Positions 35,512 to 45,842 of a stretch of 64,000 nucleotides of DNA are shown here, one piece after another. The translations under genes were made by a program, and so were the position numbers. The notes below the pieces were generated by a model. That model did not search any database and was not told where the DNA came from. It saw only the letters and a list, made by a program, of their open reading frames with translations. The stretch covers positions 11,317 to 75,316 of the forward strand of contig JBIPPB010000001.1 in assembly GCA_044368655.1 (NCBI GenBank), given 5' to 3'. Numbering within the stretch: the stretch's first letter is position 1; every line of letters begins with the position of its first letter. The stretch comes from Chitinophagales bacterium (GTDB lineage: Bacteria; Bacteroidota; Bacteroidia; Chitinophagales; JADJOU01).

Positions 35512-38500
35512 ATGAAACTTCGATACTTAAAATTAATATATTTTTGTATTAGTATTTTTGTTTTATCTCAAGAAGGAATAGGCCAAGCACCTTATGGTTT
35601 TGAATGGATTGATTTTTCGAAGCCTCATTACAAAATGAGCGTGATCAATTCAAGATTATACAGGATTCCATATTCAAACTTATTAAACGTAGCGCCCGAA
35701 ATTGCCAATGCGAATAGTAGCGAAATTTGTATTTTTTCGGAAGGCGTTAAAATTCCGGTTTTTGTGAGCTGGGAAGGCTCAAATCCCGATTCTTCAAGTT
35801 TTATTGAGTTTTATGGAAACATTAAAACAGGAGCACTAGATAGCCGATTGTATCGAGATACCAATTTTAATTTAAATCCATATTCCAGCTATTTTTATGA
35901 TACCAATCATTATTATCTAACGCTTCGAAATGATTCTAATCTTCATATTTACTCTAAAAATATAGATACTGCTTTAGCAAATTCGAGTGCCAATTTTTGT
36001 ATTTCAAAAATAGTAAATAGCTATCGAAACGGATATGAAACGGGTAAAAGAAGTTATTTTAGCGCTACCGATTTTGTTTTTTCGCCCGAATATGACGCCG
36101 GAGAAGGTTGGGGAAATGGTAGTTTTGCCTCCCATAATTTAGCAACTCCAGGCTTTATAAATACACCTGATTTTCAACCAAATGTTCGATTTCGATTATT
36201 TGCAAGAAACAATACCTCCCATCGATTAAAATTTTTGATTGGTAATAATGAAATAAAAGATACTACGTTTTCGGGCAGCGGCGTTTTTTCATACCAATCC
36301 GCATTTAATAGTTTATGGTTGGCCAATACAACCGTTTTTAGAATCACTCAGGTTTTAGCAAATAATCATACGTATTCGGTTGGTTTTGTTGAACTTAATT
36401 ATCCTAGAAATTTCACATTTGGAACTGCACAATTCATGTCGTTTCAACTAATGCCAAGTTTAGGAATTCAAAAATTTAGTGTTCCAAGTTTTGCGAGCAA
36501 TAATTCCGAAATTATTCTATTGGATTATACCGCGCGCGCGCGCCAAACTAGAAGCAGTGCAAATTCATTTACTTTTGCGGTAGATACTTCGGTAAATGAG
36601 CCTATAAATTTATATCTAACGAATGCATCGCAAATTCAACCCATAACGAGTGTCAAAAAAATTAATTACAATAATTTATTGAGCCTCAAAGGCGATTTTA
36701 TTATTATTTCCGATACCCTTCTTGCCACAGACTCTAGCGGTGAAAATGTTTTAAATACGCTACAGCAATTTAAATCTTCGGACGCAGGCGGAAAACATCA
36801 AGCCATTTTGGCTTATATGCATGATATTCAAGAATTTTTTGGGTTTGGTCATAGTCGACACCCGTTATCTATTCGAAAATATCTTCAATGGCACAAAAAT
36901 AATTTTGTGTCAAATAAAGAAGGTTATGTATTTTTGGTAGGCAAAGGACTTAATAATATCCAAGTTAGAACCTACAACGCCGCCAATAATAGAATCCATC
37001 TTATCCCGCCATTTGGCCATGCAATGAACGATTTGCTATTTGCTACTTATGACTCTAGCAACAACGCTTTTTATTCAGTGGGGCGTTTAGCCGTTACGCA
37101 GGCACATCAAATCAAAAATTATATAGAAAAATTAACTGCATACTACCAAAATTATAATAGTACAAATCATACGCCAAGCGAAAAACAATTTCTTAAAAAA
37201 GTGATTCATTTGGGCGGCGGTTTTAATGATCCTCAAAAAAATGCGTATAAAGCCAATCTTCAAGAATTTGAAAATATAGTTCGAAATCCGAATGTTGGAG
37301 CGGATGTGTTTTCCGTTTTTAAAGCAGGAAGTGATCAAATTCCTACGGAAAATTCTTTAGATGTTGAAAAACGAATTGACCAAGGGGTTGGGCTTGTTAC
37401 ATTTTTTGGACACAGTAGCGCGACCATCTTAGATGTGGGTATTTCAGATCCAAATAATTTTAACAATAAAAATAGATATCCCATATTTTTAGCCAATGGA
37501 TGTAGTTCGGGCAACGTATATACCGGCGCGATTTCGTATAGCGAGCAATTTATTAATGGTATAAATAAAGGCGCCATTGCTTATTTAGCGACTACAAATG
37601 CGGCCACAGATGCCGGATTATATACGTATTCCAAGGCGTATTATGAACTTTTGGGTCAACTTTCGTATAACAAGTCCATAGGGACGATTGCGAAAGAAGC
37701 GGCTCTTCGTGCGATGAACCAATCGAATAATCAGTTAAACTTCAGATATAGCACCGCACTTGAATTTGTTCTTAATGGCGATCCATCCATTCCAATGCCT
37801 CATTTTTCAAAACCAGATTATTATATCGATCGCGAAAGTGTGGCTATAAATCCACAAACCATTCGTTTTGACGATGATTCGTTTCAATTAAAAATCATTG
37901 TAAGAAATCTTGGTAAAGCGACTAATGATCCTGTTAAAATTACTGTTACAAGAAATAATAATTCATTACAAAAAGTATATGAACATCAAGTTTCACCTGT
38001 TTTTTATGAAGATACCTTTTTATTTACCTATCCCGTTAAAGATGGAAATATTGGCTTTGGCGTTAATCGAATTCAGATAAAAGTAGATTCGGAAAATAAA
38101 ATAGATGAAATTAGTGAAAATAATAATGAGCTTCTAAATACCATAGATTTTAATGTATTAGAAGAAGATATTTTACCTGTATTTCCATATAATTATAATG
38201 TTGAAGGTGGCGCAGCAGCTACCTTATATTCCTTGATTACGAATAACACTAAAGATAAAAGATTATATTTTATTCAAATCGATACTTCTGAGCTTTTTAA
38301 TAGCCCAATGATTAAAAAACATGAAGTTTTGACCGAAAAAAATGGCTTTGAATGGAAACCAAACATCGAATGGAGAGATAGCTTAGTATATTATTGGCGC
38401 GTTGCTATTGACTCTTTGGTAACCAAAAAGCCTTTACAATGGAATAATTCTTCATTTATTTATCTAAAAGGACAAACTAAAGGTGGCTGGAATCAATCGC

Positions 38501-40569
38501 ACTATTATCAGCATCTTAAAAATGAATATGAAGATTGTATTTTGAAATCAAATAGAAAATTTGAATTTCCTACTCAAATTCGAAGTTTTGAAATCCGTAC
38601 GAGTGCTATAAACAATTTTTATGAACAAGAATGGTATCTCAATAATATTCGTATGCAGGATTTTAGAGAGAAGGATCGTTTGCGTTCGGGAATTAATATC
38701 GTTTGGATCGATGGCAAAACGGGTAAAATAAAAGAATCTTTTGATACGTTTGTAAATAATACCCGATGGGGTGGATATGGCTCTGCCCAATTTAACTACT
38801 TCGACCTCCCAAGAAAAGGGTTTGTTTTTCAAGATACTGGCACGACTCCTGTAAATCATCTTTATCCCTCAACACCTTGGCATCAAGTTATTCTTAACTT
38901 TTTAAATCAAATACCTGCTGGAGATATGCTATTTTTTTATAGTCATTATCGACCTAATTATAGTCAATGGCATCCCGATTTAGTAAATTATTTTACTAAT
39001 GCTGGATTTAAAGAAATGCAAAATTTGGCCTCAGGAAGTCTATCTGCACCTTTCATTTTTGTATGTAAAAATAAAGATACCTCTTTTAAAACTCTAGAAG
39101 AAGTTGGTATTAACTTTAATTCTAAAATTGCCAAAAAATTTGAACTTAGCGGCAATTGGTCCGAAGGAAAAATAAAATCGGTTAAAATTGGCCCTGCAAA
39201 AAAATGGGGATCGCTACATACTCGAGTATCAAGTCTTGAAAATCCATCAACCGATCATTTTAAGATAAAATTATTCGGTATTAATGCTCAAAATCAATAT
39301 ACGTTATTGCATCAATTTAATCATGATATTGATACCTCAATTGCTCATATTTCGGCCAATACCTACCCTAATTTGGAACTTCAATTAGAAATGCTTGACA
39401 CGCTGAATCTTACACCTGCTCAACTCAAATACTGGCGCGTTATTTTTGATCAAGACATTCCTGAAGTAGCAACAAATGTGGACCATTATTTTCATATCAA
39501 AGATACGATTTCTATTGGAGAAATTCAAAAATTTGGTTTTGGAATTGATAATATTGCTAATGAAAATATGGATACCATTTTAGTTAAAATAACACTCCAA
39601 CAAGGCGCCTCTTCAAAAATATTTTGGCAAAAAGTAGCTCCTATTTTATCCAAATCGAAAATTAAGTTTGATTTTAACTTAACGATGCAAGATTATTTTG
39701 TAGGTAAGAATGATATTCGAGTTGAGATTAATCCCGAAAATACTGCGTATTTCCAAAAAGAAAAATATAACTTCAATAACTTTGCTCAAGCTTCATTTTA
39801 TGTATTTGGTGATACGCGAAATCCATTACTTGACGTTACGTTTGACAAAAAAAGAATTGCTAACAAAGATTTGGTTTCGGCAAATCCTGAAATAAAAATT
39901 ACACTAAAAGATGATAATACTTTTTTATTATTAAACGACACAAGCCTTATCCAAATGTGGCTTAAAATGCCAAGTGGCGAGGTCGTTCCTATTTACTTTG
40001 CTCAACCTAATGTAACCTTTATGCCTGCTCAAGATGGCAACCTTAATTTGATGCAAATAGTTTATAAACCTACATTAGAGGCCGGGAATTATGAACTTAT
40101 CATTAAAGATAAGGACCGTCTTGGTAATTCTAGTAGCTCAAACCGAAACTTTGACTATAGAATTAGTTTTGTAGTTTCTAACGTTATGAAAGTAAGTTCC
40201 TTTTTTAATTATCCCAATCCATTTTCAAAATCCACACAGTTTATATTTTATCTTACAGGAGCTAAAATTCCTGATGAAATAAATATTAAAATTGTAAATA
40301 TTAAAGGTCAAGTTATAAAAGAAATCTCTAAAGAAGAATTGGGTCCTTTAAAAATTGGATTAAATAAAACCAATTACCAATGGAATGGAAATGATCAATT
40401 TGGAAATTATTTAGCTAGTGGCGTTTATATTTATAAGGTAGAAGTTAAAGATCAAGGCAAAAAAGTTGATTTAATGCCAAATCAAGAATTATTAAAGTTA
40501 ATAGAAAACGATCCCGAAATTTCTACCGTTTTGCTTCAGCAAAGTGGCAAAATGATTATTGTAAGATAA
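35512..40569 (+). CDS. Gingipain-like (C25) cysteine peptidase family protein, PorU-like, with T9SS-type C-terminal domain
   Basis: 1685 aa with a signal peptide. His/Cys dyad context FFGHSSAT (His634) and LANGCSSGN (Cys664). C-terminal beta-sandwich FFNYPNPFSKSTQFIFYL...GVYIYKVEV (about residues 1560-1650). Confidence 0.75.
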   Translation: MKLRYLKLIYFCISIFVLSQEGIGQAPYGFEWIDFSKPHYKMSVINSRLYRIPYSNLLNVAPEIANANSSEICIFSEGVKIPVFVSWEGSNPDSSSFIEFYGNIKTGALDSRLYRDTNFNLNPYSSYFYDTNHYYLTLRNDSNLHIYSKNIDTALANSSANFCISKIVNSYRNGYETGKRSYFSATDFVFSPEYDAGEGWGNGSFASHNLATPGFINTPDFQPNVRFRLFARNNTSHRLKFLIGNNEIKDTTFSGSGVFSYQSAFNSLWLANTTVFRITQVLANNHTYSVGFVELNYPRNFTFGTAQFMSFQLMPSLGIQKFSVPSFASNNSEIILLDYTARARQTRSSANSFTFAVDTSVNEPINLYLTNASQIQPITSVKKINYNNLLSLKGDFIIISDTLLATDSSGENVLNTLQQFKSSDAGGKHQAILAYMHDIQEFFGFGHSRHPLSIRKYLQWHKNNFVSNKEGYVFLVGKGLNNIQVRTYNAANNRIHLIPPFGHAMNDLLFATYDSSNNAFYSVGRLAVTQAHQIKNYIEKLTAYYQNYNSTNHTPSEKQFLKKVIHLGGGFNDPQKNAYKANLQEFENIVRNPNVGADVFSVFKAGSDQIPTENSLDVEKRIDQGVGLVTFFGHSSATILDVGISDPNNFNNKNRYPIFLANGCSSGNVYTGAISYSEQFINGINKGAIAYLATTNAATDAGLYTYSKAYYELLGQLSYNKSIGTIAKEAALRAMNQSNNQLNFRYSTALEFVLNGDPSIPMPHFSKPDYYIDRESVAINPQTIRFDDDSFQLKIIVRNLGKATNDPVKITVTRNNNSLQKVYEHQVSPVFYEDTFLFTYPVKDGNIGFGVNRIQIKVDSENKIDEISENNNELLNTIDFNVLEEDILPVFPYNYNVEGGAAATLYSLITNNTKDKRLYFIQIDTSELFNSPMIKKHEVLTEKNGFEWKPNIEWRDSLVYYWRVAIDSLVTKKPLQWNNSSFIYLKGQTKGGWNQSHYYQHLKNEYEDCILKSNRKFEFPTQIRSFEIRTSAINNFYEQEWYLNNIRMQDFREKDRLRSGINIVWIDGKTGKIKESFDTFVNNTRWGGYGSAQFNYFDLPRKGFVFQDTGTTPVNHLYPSTPWHQVILNFLNQIPAGDMLFFYSHYRPNYSQWHPDLVNYFTNAGFKEMQNLASGSLSAPFIFVCKNKDTSFKTLEEVGINFNSKIAKKFELSGNWSEGKIKSVKIGPAKKWGSLHTRVSSLENPSTDHFKIKLFGINAQNQYTLLHQFNHDIDTSIAHISANTYPNLELQLEMLDTLNLTPAQLKYWRVIFDQDIPEVATNVDHYFHIKDTISIGEIQKFGFGIDNIANENMDTILVKITLQQGASSKIFWQKVAPILSKSKIKFDFNLTMQDYFVGKNDIRVEINPENTAYFQKEKYNFNNFAQASFYVFGDTRNPLLDVTFDKKRIANKDLVSANPEIKITLKDDNTFLLLNDTSLIQMWLKMPSGEVVPIYFAQPNVTFMPAQDGNLNLMQIVYKPTLEAGNYELIIKDKDRLGNSSSSNRNFDYRISFVVSNVMKVSSFFNYPNPFSKSTQFIFYLTGAKIPDEINIKIVNIKGQVIKEISKEELGPLKIGLNKTNYQWNGNDQFGNYLASGVYIYKVEVKDQGKKVDLMPNQELLKLIENDPEISTVLLQQSGKMIIVR

Positions 40570-40571
40570 TA

Positions 40572-40979
40572 CTATTCGACAATATCCATAATTGCATCAA
40601 CATTTGATTTTTTGGTATTTACTTTCATTCCAATAATACCAATTAATATAATTCCCACAAAAAATAATTGAAAGTTATTAAACACTTCTTTAAAATAAAA
40701 AAGGTCAATAATACTTTGAATAAAAATGGTTAATCCCATCCATGCCGCATAAACGATGCTCATTGGAAGTAATTTATAAGCTTTTGATACAAAAATAACA
40801 ATAATTAAGCCTAAAATTAAGTATAAAACAGCTGGAATAATTAAAATTACAAATTCTAAATCAAATATTTCAAATTTCAAAATACGATCTCCTATTTTAC
40901 CAAATTGACACATTTTGAGCGTAATTCCCCACATGGATTGAAAAAGTGCGGCTATAAAAATATAAATCCAAGCTTTCAA
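40572..40979 (-). CDS. SMR (small multidrug resistance)-like 4-TM protein, atypical
   Basis: 135 aa. MKAWIYIFIAALFQSMWGITLK resembles SMR TM1 but has Gln14 where the essential Glu sits. KLLPMSIVYAAWMGL matches the SMR TM3 motif. Confidence 0.6.
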   Translation of the reverse strand: MKAWIYIFIAALFQSMWGITLKMCQFGKIGDRILKFEIFDLEFVILIIPAVLYLILGLIIVIFVSKAYKLLPMSIVYAAWMGLTIFIQSIIDLFYFKEVFNNFQLFFVGIILIGIIGMKVNTKKSNVDAIMDIVE

Positions 40980-41014
40980 ATTTTGAGTTTTGCGCTAAAG
41001 TATAAAATTCTATT

Positions 41015-42634
41015 TTAATTCCGATTTTTTTGTACAAATCGAAGGTCTAAATGATGTATAGCATTTTGTCGAATTCCTTTGATATTTTTAGGCGCAATCC
41101 GAATTGATTGATCATAAAAAAGAGGCACAATTGGACTTTCTTCTATCAAAATTTGTTCCATTTTTTTAAAATTAGCTTTACGTAAATTCGAATCGGAACT
41201 GGCTAAAACCGCTTCATAAAGCAGGTCATACGATGTATTATTAAATCTTGTATAATTTGGAGGCGCTCCATTTTTACTATAAAAACAAGCTAAATGCGAT
41301 TCGGCATCAGGATAATCGGCGGTCCAGCTTCTTCTGAAAAAAGAAATTTTTCCTTCTTTAGCCAATTGCATCATCATTTCGGCAGGATGTAATTTTAAAT
41401 CTACTTCAAAACCGACTTCATTCAATTGATAAATTATAAACTCCGCCAAGTCAATATAGGTGTTATTGATATGTAATTGAATCTTTGCAGGACGATTTTT
41501 ATCATATCCGTATTTTTTTAAAATCGCTTTAGCTTTTTGTGGGTCATACGTAAAACCGACAAAACTGGTATCAAAATTTGGCATTCCTACTGGAACAAAT
41601 CCTTTATTAGCTTCTAACACTAACCCATTTTTAAGGTTGTTTACCAATTCTTTTCGATGGATAGACATATTTAAAGCTTGTCTAATTTCTTTATTAGAAA
41701 GTGGATTGTTTTTAATCAAATTGGTGTCTTGTAAAATAGCTAAATACTCTGTATTTAGATAGGTCTGTTTATATACATTATACTTTTTGGAAAGCGATTT
41801 TTTTAAATTGCCATTCTTATCAAAAACATCATATAAAAAACTATTGTCAATGTCTTTTATCATATCCAAGTCGTTATTCATAAATGCCAAAAATTCCATT
41901 TTCTTTTGTTCATTGAATGTTACTTTGATAAAATCGATATATGGCAAGCGAATTCCATTTTTATCTTTCATAAAGTAATTTGGATTTTTGAATAAAAACA
42001 ACGCGGTTCCCTCTTCCCAATCTTTAAACTGATAAGGCCCTGTTCCAACTGGATTTCGCCTAAATTTAGATCCATAAAAATCCACCGCTTCTTTAGGAAT
42101 AACACTGCAATAAGGCATCGTTAGAATATTCAAAAATGGAGCACAAGGCTTTATTAAGTGAATTCGAATGGTAAATGAATCCAAAACTTCAAATGGCTTT
42201 AAAGTATCTACTTTATCATTTAATACCCAAGAACCTGGCGCGGCCACTTTTGGATCTATTAATCGTTTGAGACTATATTCCACATCCCAAGCCGTCATTT
42301 TTTTGGTTTGACTATGGTTTTTAAAACATGTATTCTTATGAAAGAACACATCATTTCTTAAATAAAAGGTATACGATTGTCCATCATTACTTATTTCATA
42401 ATGTGTTGCCAACATCGGTTTTAGCTGCGTTTGGCTATCTAACATTAATAAACAATCATAAATATTTCCAGAAATCCAAGTCGTTCCCATGTCTTTAGCA
42501 AATGCGGGATCTAGAGAACTTACGCCACTAGAGATATTAAAACGAAAGACATCATGATTTATATTTTTTTTATTGTTTTGACACGCAATACATAAAACAA
42601 TGGTCAAAAATATACTGCATTTTGAATAAATCAT
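41015..42634 (-). CDS. ABC transporter substrate-binding protein, family 5 (peptide/nickel type), orphan
   Basis: 539 aa. Lipoprotein-like signal (LCIAC) and PVGTGPYQFKDW motif. No adjacent permease or ATPase genes. Confidence 0.8.
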   Translation of the reverse strand: MIYSKCSIFLTIVLCIACQNNKKNINHDVFRFNISSGVSSLDPAFAKDMGTTWISGNIYDCLLMLDSQTQLKPMLATHYEISNDGQSYTFYLRNDVFFHKNTCFKNHSQTKKMTAWDVEYSLKRLIDPKVAAPGSWVLNDKVDTLKPFEVLDSFTIRIHLIKPCAPFLNILTMPYCSVIPKEAVDFYGSKFRRNPVGTGPYQFKDWEEGTALFLFKNPNYFMKDKNGIRLPYIDFIKVTFNEQKKMEFLAFMNNDLDMIKDIDNSFLYDVFDKNGNLKKSLSKKYNVYKQTYLNTEYLAILQDTNLIKNNPLSNKEIRQALNMSIHRKELVNNLKNGLVLEANKGFVPVGMPNFDTSFVGFTYDPQKAKAILKKYGYDKNRPAKIQLHINNTYIDLAEFIIYQLNEVGFEVDLKLHPAEMMMQLAKEGKISFFRRSWTADYPDAESHLACFYSKNGAPPNYTRFNNTSYDLLYEAVLASSDSNLRKANFKKMEQILIEESPIVPLFYDQSIRIAPKNIKGIRQNAIHHLDLRFVQKNRN

Positions 42635-42704
42635 ATCGTAATCTATAAGAATTCAAAAATATAAATTATAATTTAAATTAATGTTTAGATTAATTTTTTT
42701 TGAA

Positions 42705-42712
42705 TAAATTTG
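42705..42712 (+). promoter_or_regulatory. Candidate -7 promoter box (TAAATTTG)
   Basis: TAnnTTTG match 19 nt upstream of ATG 42732. Confidence 0.5.
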
Positions 42713-42731
42713 TCGACTAAATTTATTAAAA

Positions 42732-43709
42732 ATGAAAATTATATATTTAATAATCAGCATTTTATCTTTAACCTTTTTAGAAGCGCAAATTGAAAGAGAG
42801 GCGCTATTAAAGGATATTAAAAGAAATGAATCCATAGAAAATGTTCTTAAAGCACCTTCCGTTTCTAAAATTAGTCAAAAGCCAGTGTCTTTAAACCAAG
42901 ATACCATGATGCCTACTTTAAGAAATGAAACAAGTACTGAAATTGTAGAAGAAAAAAAAGAAGGTAAACTAAACTGGACCGAACAATATGTTGAAGCAAA
43001 AGGAGAATCTGCTATTGACTATGAACGATTTAAAAATCCAGCTCAAGCCAAAGCCATGGCGACGAGAGGTGCCGTTGTTATTGCACAACGAAATCTTTTA
43101 GAAATCATTAAAGGGGTCAATGTAATTGGTGAAACTAGCGTTCAGGATATGATCACTTCTTACGATTATGTATACAGTAGAGTTGAGGGCGTTTTAAAAG
43201 GCGCAAAACGCATTGGACCAGCAATTGAAAGAGACGGAATGATTGAAGTTACATTAAGAGCTCCTTTGTACAATAAAAAAGGATTAGCAAGTACGATTAA
43301 CGAAGAGGACTTAAATAGTTTGAAATCAAAATATGGGCAAAAAATGGCAACGGAAAACAATATGTCATTAACTTCTACAAATGGCAAAAACCCCGTTGTT
43401 TTTGATTTTAAAGATCCAAAAGTCGATTTGTCATTATTCCCTTTAATTATGGATGAAAATGGAACTATTCAGTATGACTTTTCGGAGTTATATAATAGAA
43501 GAACCGGCGATTTTCCTAGATATGTTCAATTAAGTAAGGAATTAATGCAATCTGCAGGATTTAAAAAAGGAGTAGAAGTGATTGAATTGATACAAAAAGG
43601 AAAAGGACAGTTTACACTAAAAGATAATAATAAAAAAGGATTGCTCCGAACTGCATTAAATGTAGCTAAAACCGCAGGTCGAATTCTATTTAATATCCCA
43701 TTTAAATAA
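42732..43709 (+). CDS. Secreted LPP20-like domain protein
   Basis: 325 aa with a signal peptide. The segment AKGESAIDYERFKNPAQAKAMATRGAVVIAQRNLLEIIKGVNV resembles the LPP20 lipoprotein family. Confidence 0.6.
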   Translation: MKIIYLIISILSLTFLEAQIEREALLKDIKRNESIENVLKAPSVSKISQKPVSLNQDTMMPTLRNETSTEIVEEKKEGKLNWTEQYVEAKGESAIDYERFKNPAQAKAMATRGAVVIAQRNLLEIIKGVNVIGETSVQDMITSYDYVYSRVEGVLKGAKRIGPAIERDGMIEVTLRAPLYNKKGLASTINEEDLNSLKSKYGQKMATENNMSLTSTNGKNPVVFDFKDPKVDLSLFPLIMDENGTIQYDFSELYNRRTGDFPRYVQLSKELMQSAGFKKGVEVIELIQKGKGQFTLKDNNKKGLLRTALNVAKTAGRILFNIPFK

Positions 43710-43714
43710 TTCTT

Positions 43715-44869
43715 ATGTTTCGATTCGTATTCATTTTCTTATTTACTTTTTTTTCTTTTTCTTCATATTGTCAAGATATCATTCTTGTTAAAACTAAAGG
43801 TGTTGGTATTGATCGAAAAGATGCTATTCAAGATGCTTTAAGAAATGCCGTTTCTGAAGGGATTGGCGTTTCAATAAAATCCCAATCACAAGTTGAAAAT
43901 TATATTTTAATTTCTGATGCAATATCTTCATCTTCAAAAGGATATATAAAAAAATATGAAATTGTAGGAGAAGCTAAACTAAGAGATCAATATGAAATAT
44001 CGATACTCGCCGAAGTTACAAAATCAAGCTTAGAGGCCGACTTTAATTTACTTGCAAAATTAATTGGCGGCGTTCGGTTTTTAACGATTATTGACCCCAA
44101 TATTTCCGACCAAAAGCATCTCGAAACATTAAATAAGTCTATTGACTTAATCCACCAAAATATTTCAAAAAAAGGAAGCCGATATATTGACAAAAATAGA
44201 TTTGAATTGATTAATCATCAAGCAAGAAAGATGTTTGAAAATTCAAAAGAATCTATAAATTATGTACAACAATTAGGATTAATGGCTGATGCACAATTTG
44301 TTATTTTGCTAACAAATGTTCAAAGCCAAGAAGTCAAAGGAAGGTTTGATATTCGACGCGGAAATGAAACTTCATTTGAAGCAAAAATTATTGATAATTG
44401 TACAGCAGAAGGCTTGGGTTCTATTCGATTTAATGTACAAGAAAACACAAATAATCCATTTGAAAATGAAGTCAATAAAAAATTTGACAGCTTATTTAGT
44501 ATTTTTACTAACTATGTAGGTAGCTGGATTCAAAATGGAACCCCTTTTGAATTACGATTTTATAATATGGGAAGTTTTAGAGATTTTAGAACGTTTCGAA
44601 AAGCAATTAAAGCAAATCCATCATTTGGAGGCGATATTGAATTAGTGAGTGTTTTTAATTATACAAAATTGAACTGTACGTTTAAAAAACAATCCGACGA
44701 TCTTGCCGATGTTATTTTAGATATTTCAGATGAAATTCCAAACTTTAACCAACTAAAAATAGATGTTAAAAAAATCTATGGCCGTCAAATTTCATTTGCT
44801 CCTCAAAATTACATTATTCCAGAAACCATAATTAAAGATCCTAACCCATTAAATATAAAAAATCAATGA
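43715..44869 (+). CDS. Secreted/lipoprotein-like protein with N-terminal LPP20/FlgT-N-like fold, remainder unknown
   Basis: 384 aa. Signal ends SSYC. VKTKGVGIDRKDAIQDALRNAVSEGIGV repeats the theme of the upstream gene. Confidence 0.55.
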   Translation: MFRFVFIFLFTFFSFSSYCQDIILVKTKGVGIDRKDAIQDALRNAVSEGIGVSIKSQSQVENYILISDAISSSSKGYIKKYEIVGEAKLRDQYEISILAEVTKSSLEADFNLLAKLIGGVRFLTIIDPNISDQKHLETLNKSIDLIHQNISKKGSRYIDKNRFELINHQARKMFENSKESINYVQQLGLMADAQFVILLTNVQSQEVKGRFDIRRGNETSFEAKIIDNCTAEGLGSIRFNVQENTNNPFENEVNKKFDSLFSIFTNYVGSWIQNGTPFELRFYNMGSFRDFRTFRKAIKANPSFGGDIELVSVFNYTKLNCTFKKQSDDLADVILDISDEIPNFNQLKIDVKKIYGRQISFAPQNYIIPETIIKDPNPLNIKNQ

Positions 44870-45831
44870 AAAATTTATTTATAGGATTATTCCTTTTTAT
44901 AAACTCTAATTTTATTTTTTCACAATCAAGTCAATTGACTTTTTTTTCTGAAAATGGCGAATTGTTTTATGTAATTTTAGATGGAATTCGACAAAATAAT
45001 AGCCCATCGAGTAATATCAAAATTGACGATTTAGACCGACCAAATTATCGAGTTAAAATTATCTTTGATGATGCCAATTTTGATGATATAAACCGAAATA
45101 TTTTTGTCCAAGATGTCGATGCTAAAAGTGTCCATTCCGTTTATATGATATACAAAAACAAAAAAAACAAAATGGATATGAAAATGAGTTCTTTTTCCGA
45201 TGTAAACTATAAAAAGGAAGCGAGAAAAGAAGAAGTTATTCATTATCACAAAGAAGAATGGCCGCTTGAAAAACCAAACCCTAGAATTAATAGAACTTCA
45301 ACCAATACGCAAGGCCAGGATAATTTTGACATAGGAATTAATTCGACTGGAACAAAAGTTAAAGTAAATCAAAATGGACAATCCACCAACATAAATATTC
45401 AAACTCCAAATTTAAACGAGTTAATGAATATGAATATAGCAGCCCCTATTCAAGAAAATACAAAAAATACCGAAACTTCTAAAAAATACAATCCATACGA
45501 AACGAACACTTCATCAGAAGAGCCAAAAGCCAAAAAATGTAATTTAGCAATGGCATCTACTGACTTTAATGCGGCTATAGCTACACTCAAAAAAATGTCT
45601 TTTGAAGAAACCACTTTAAAAACGGCAAAGCAAATTTCCAAAAAAAATTGTTTAAACGTTCAGCAAATCATTGCCGTTATTAAAATATTTAGTTTTGAAG
45701 AAAGTAAATTAGATTTTGCCATAGCAGCATATGACAATTGTGTTGATACAAATAATTACTTTAAAATTAATGAACATTTCACATTCTCCTCTTCATCAGA
45801 TAGTCTTAATGAATTTTTGAACTCAAAATAG
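44866..45831 (+). CDS. DUF4476 domain-containing secreted protein
   Basis: 321 aa with a signal peptide. C-terminal tandem helical repeats (SFEETTLKTAKQISKKNCLNVQQI / SFEESKLDFAIAAYDNCVD) are typical of DUF4476. The start overlaps the upstream stop (ATGA). Confidence 0.65.
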   Translation: MKNLFIGLFLFINSNFIFSQSSQLTFFSENGELFYVILDGIRQNNSPSSNIKIDDLDRPNYRVKIIFDDANFDDINRNIFVQDVDAKSVHSVYMIYKNKKNKMDMKMSSFSDVNYKKEARKEEVIHYHKEEWPLEKPNPRINRTSTNTQGQDNFDIGINSTGTKVKVNQNGQSTNINIQTPNLNELMNMNIAAPIQENTKNTETSKKYNPYETNTSSEEPKAKKCNLAMASTDFNAAIATLKKMSFEETTLKTAKQISKKNCLNVQQIIAVIKIFSFEESKLDFAIAAYDNCVDTNNYFKINEHFTFSSSSDSLNEFLNSK

Positions 45832-45842
45832 CCTCCAAAAAT

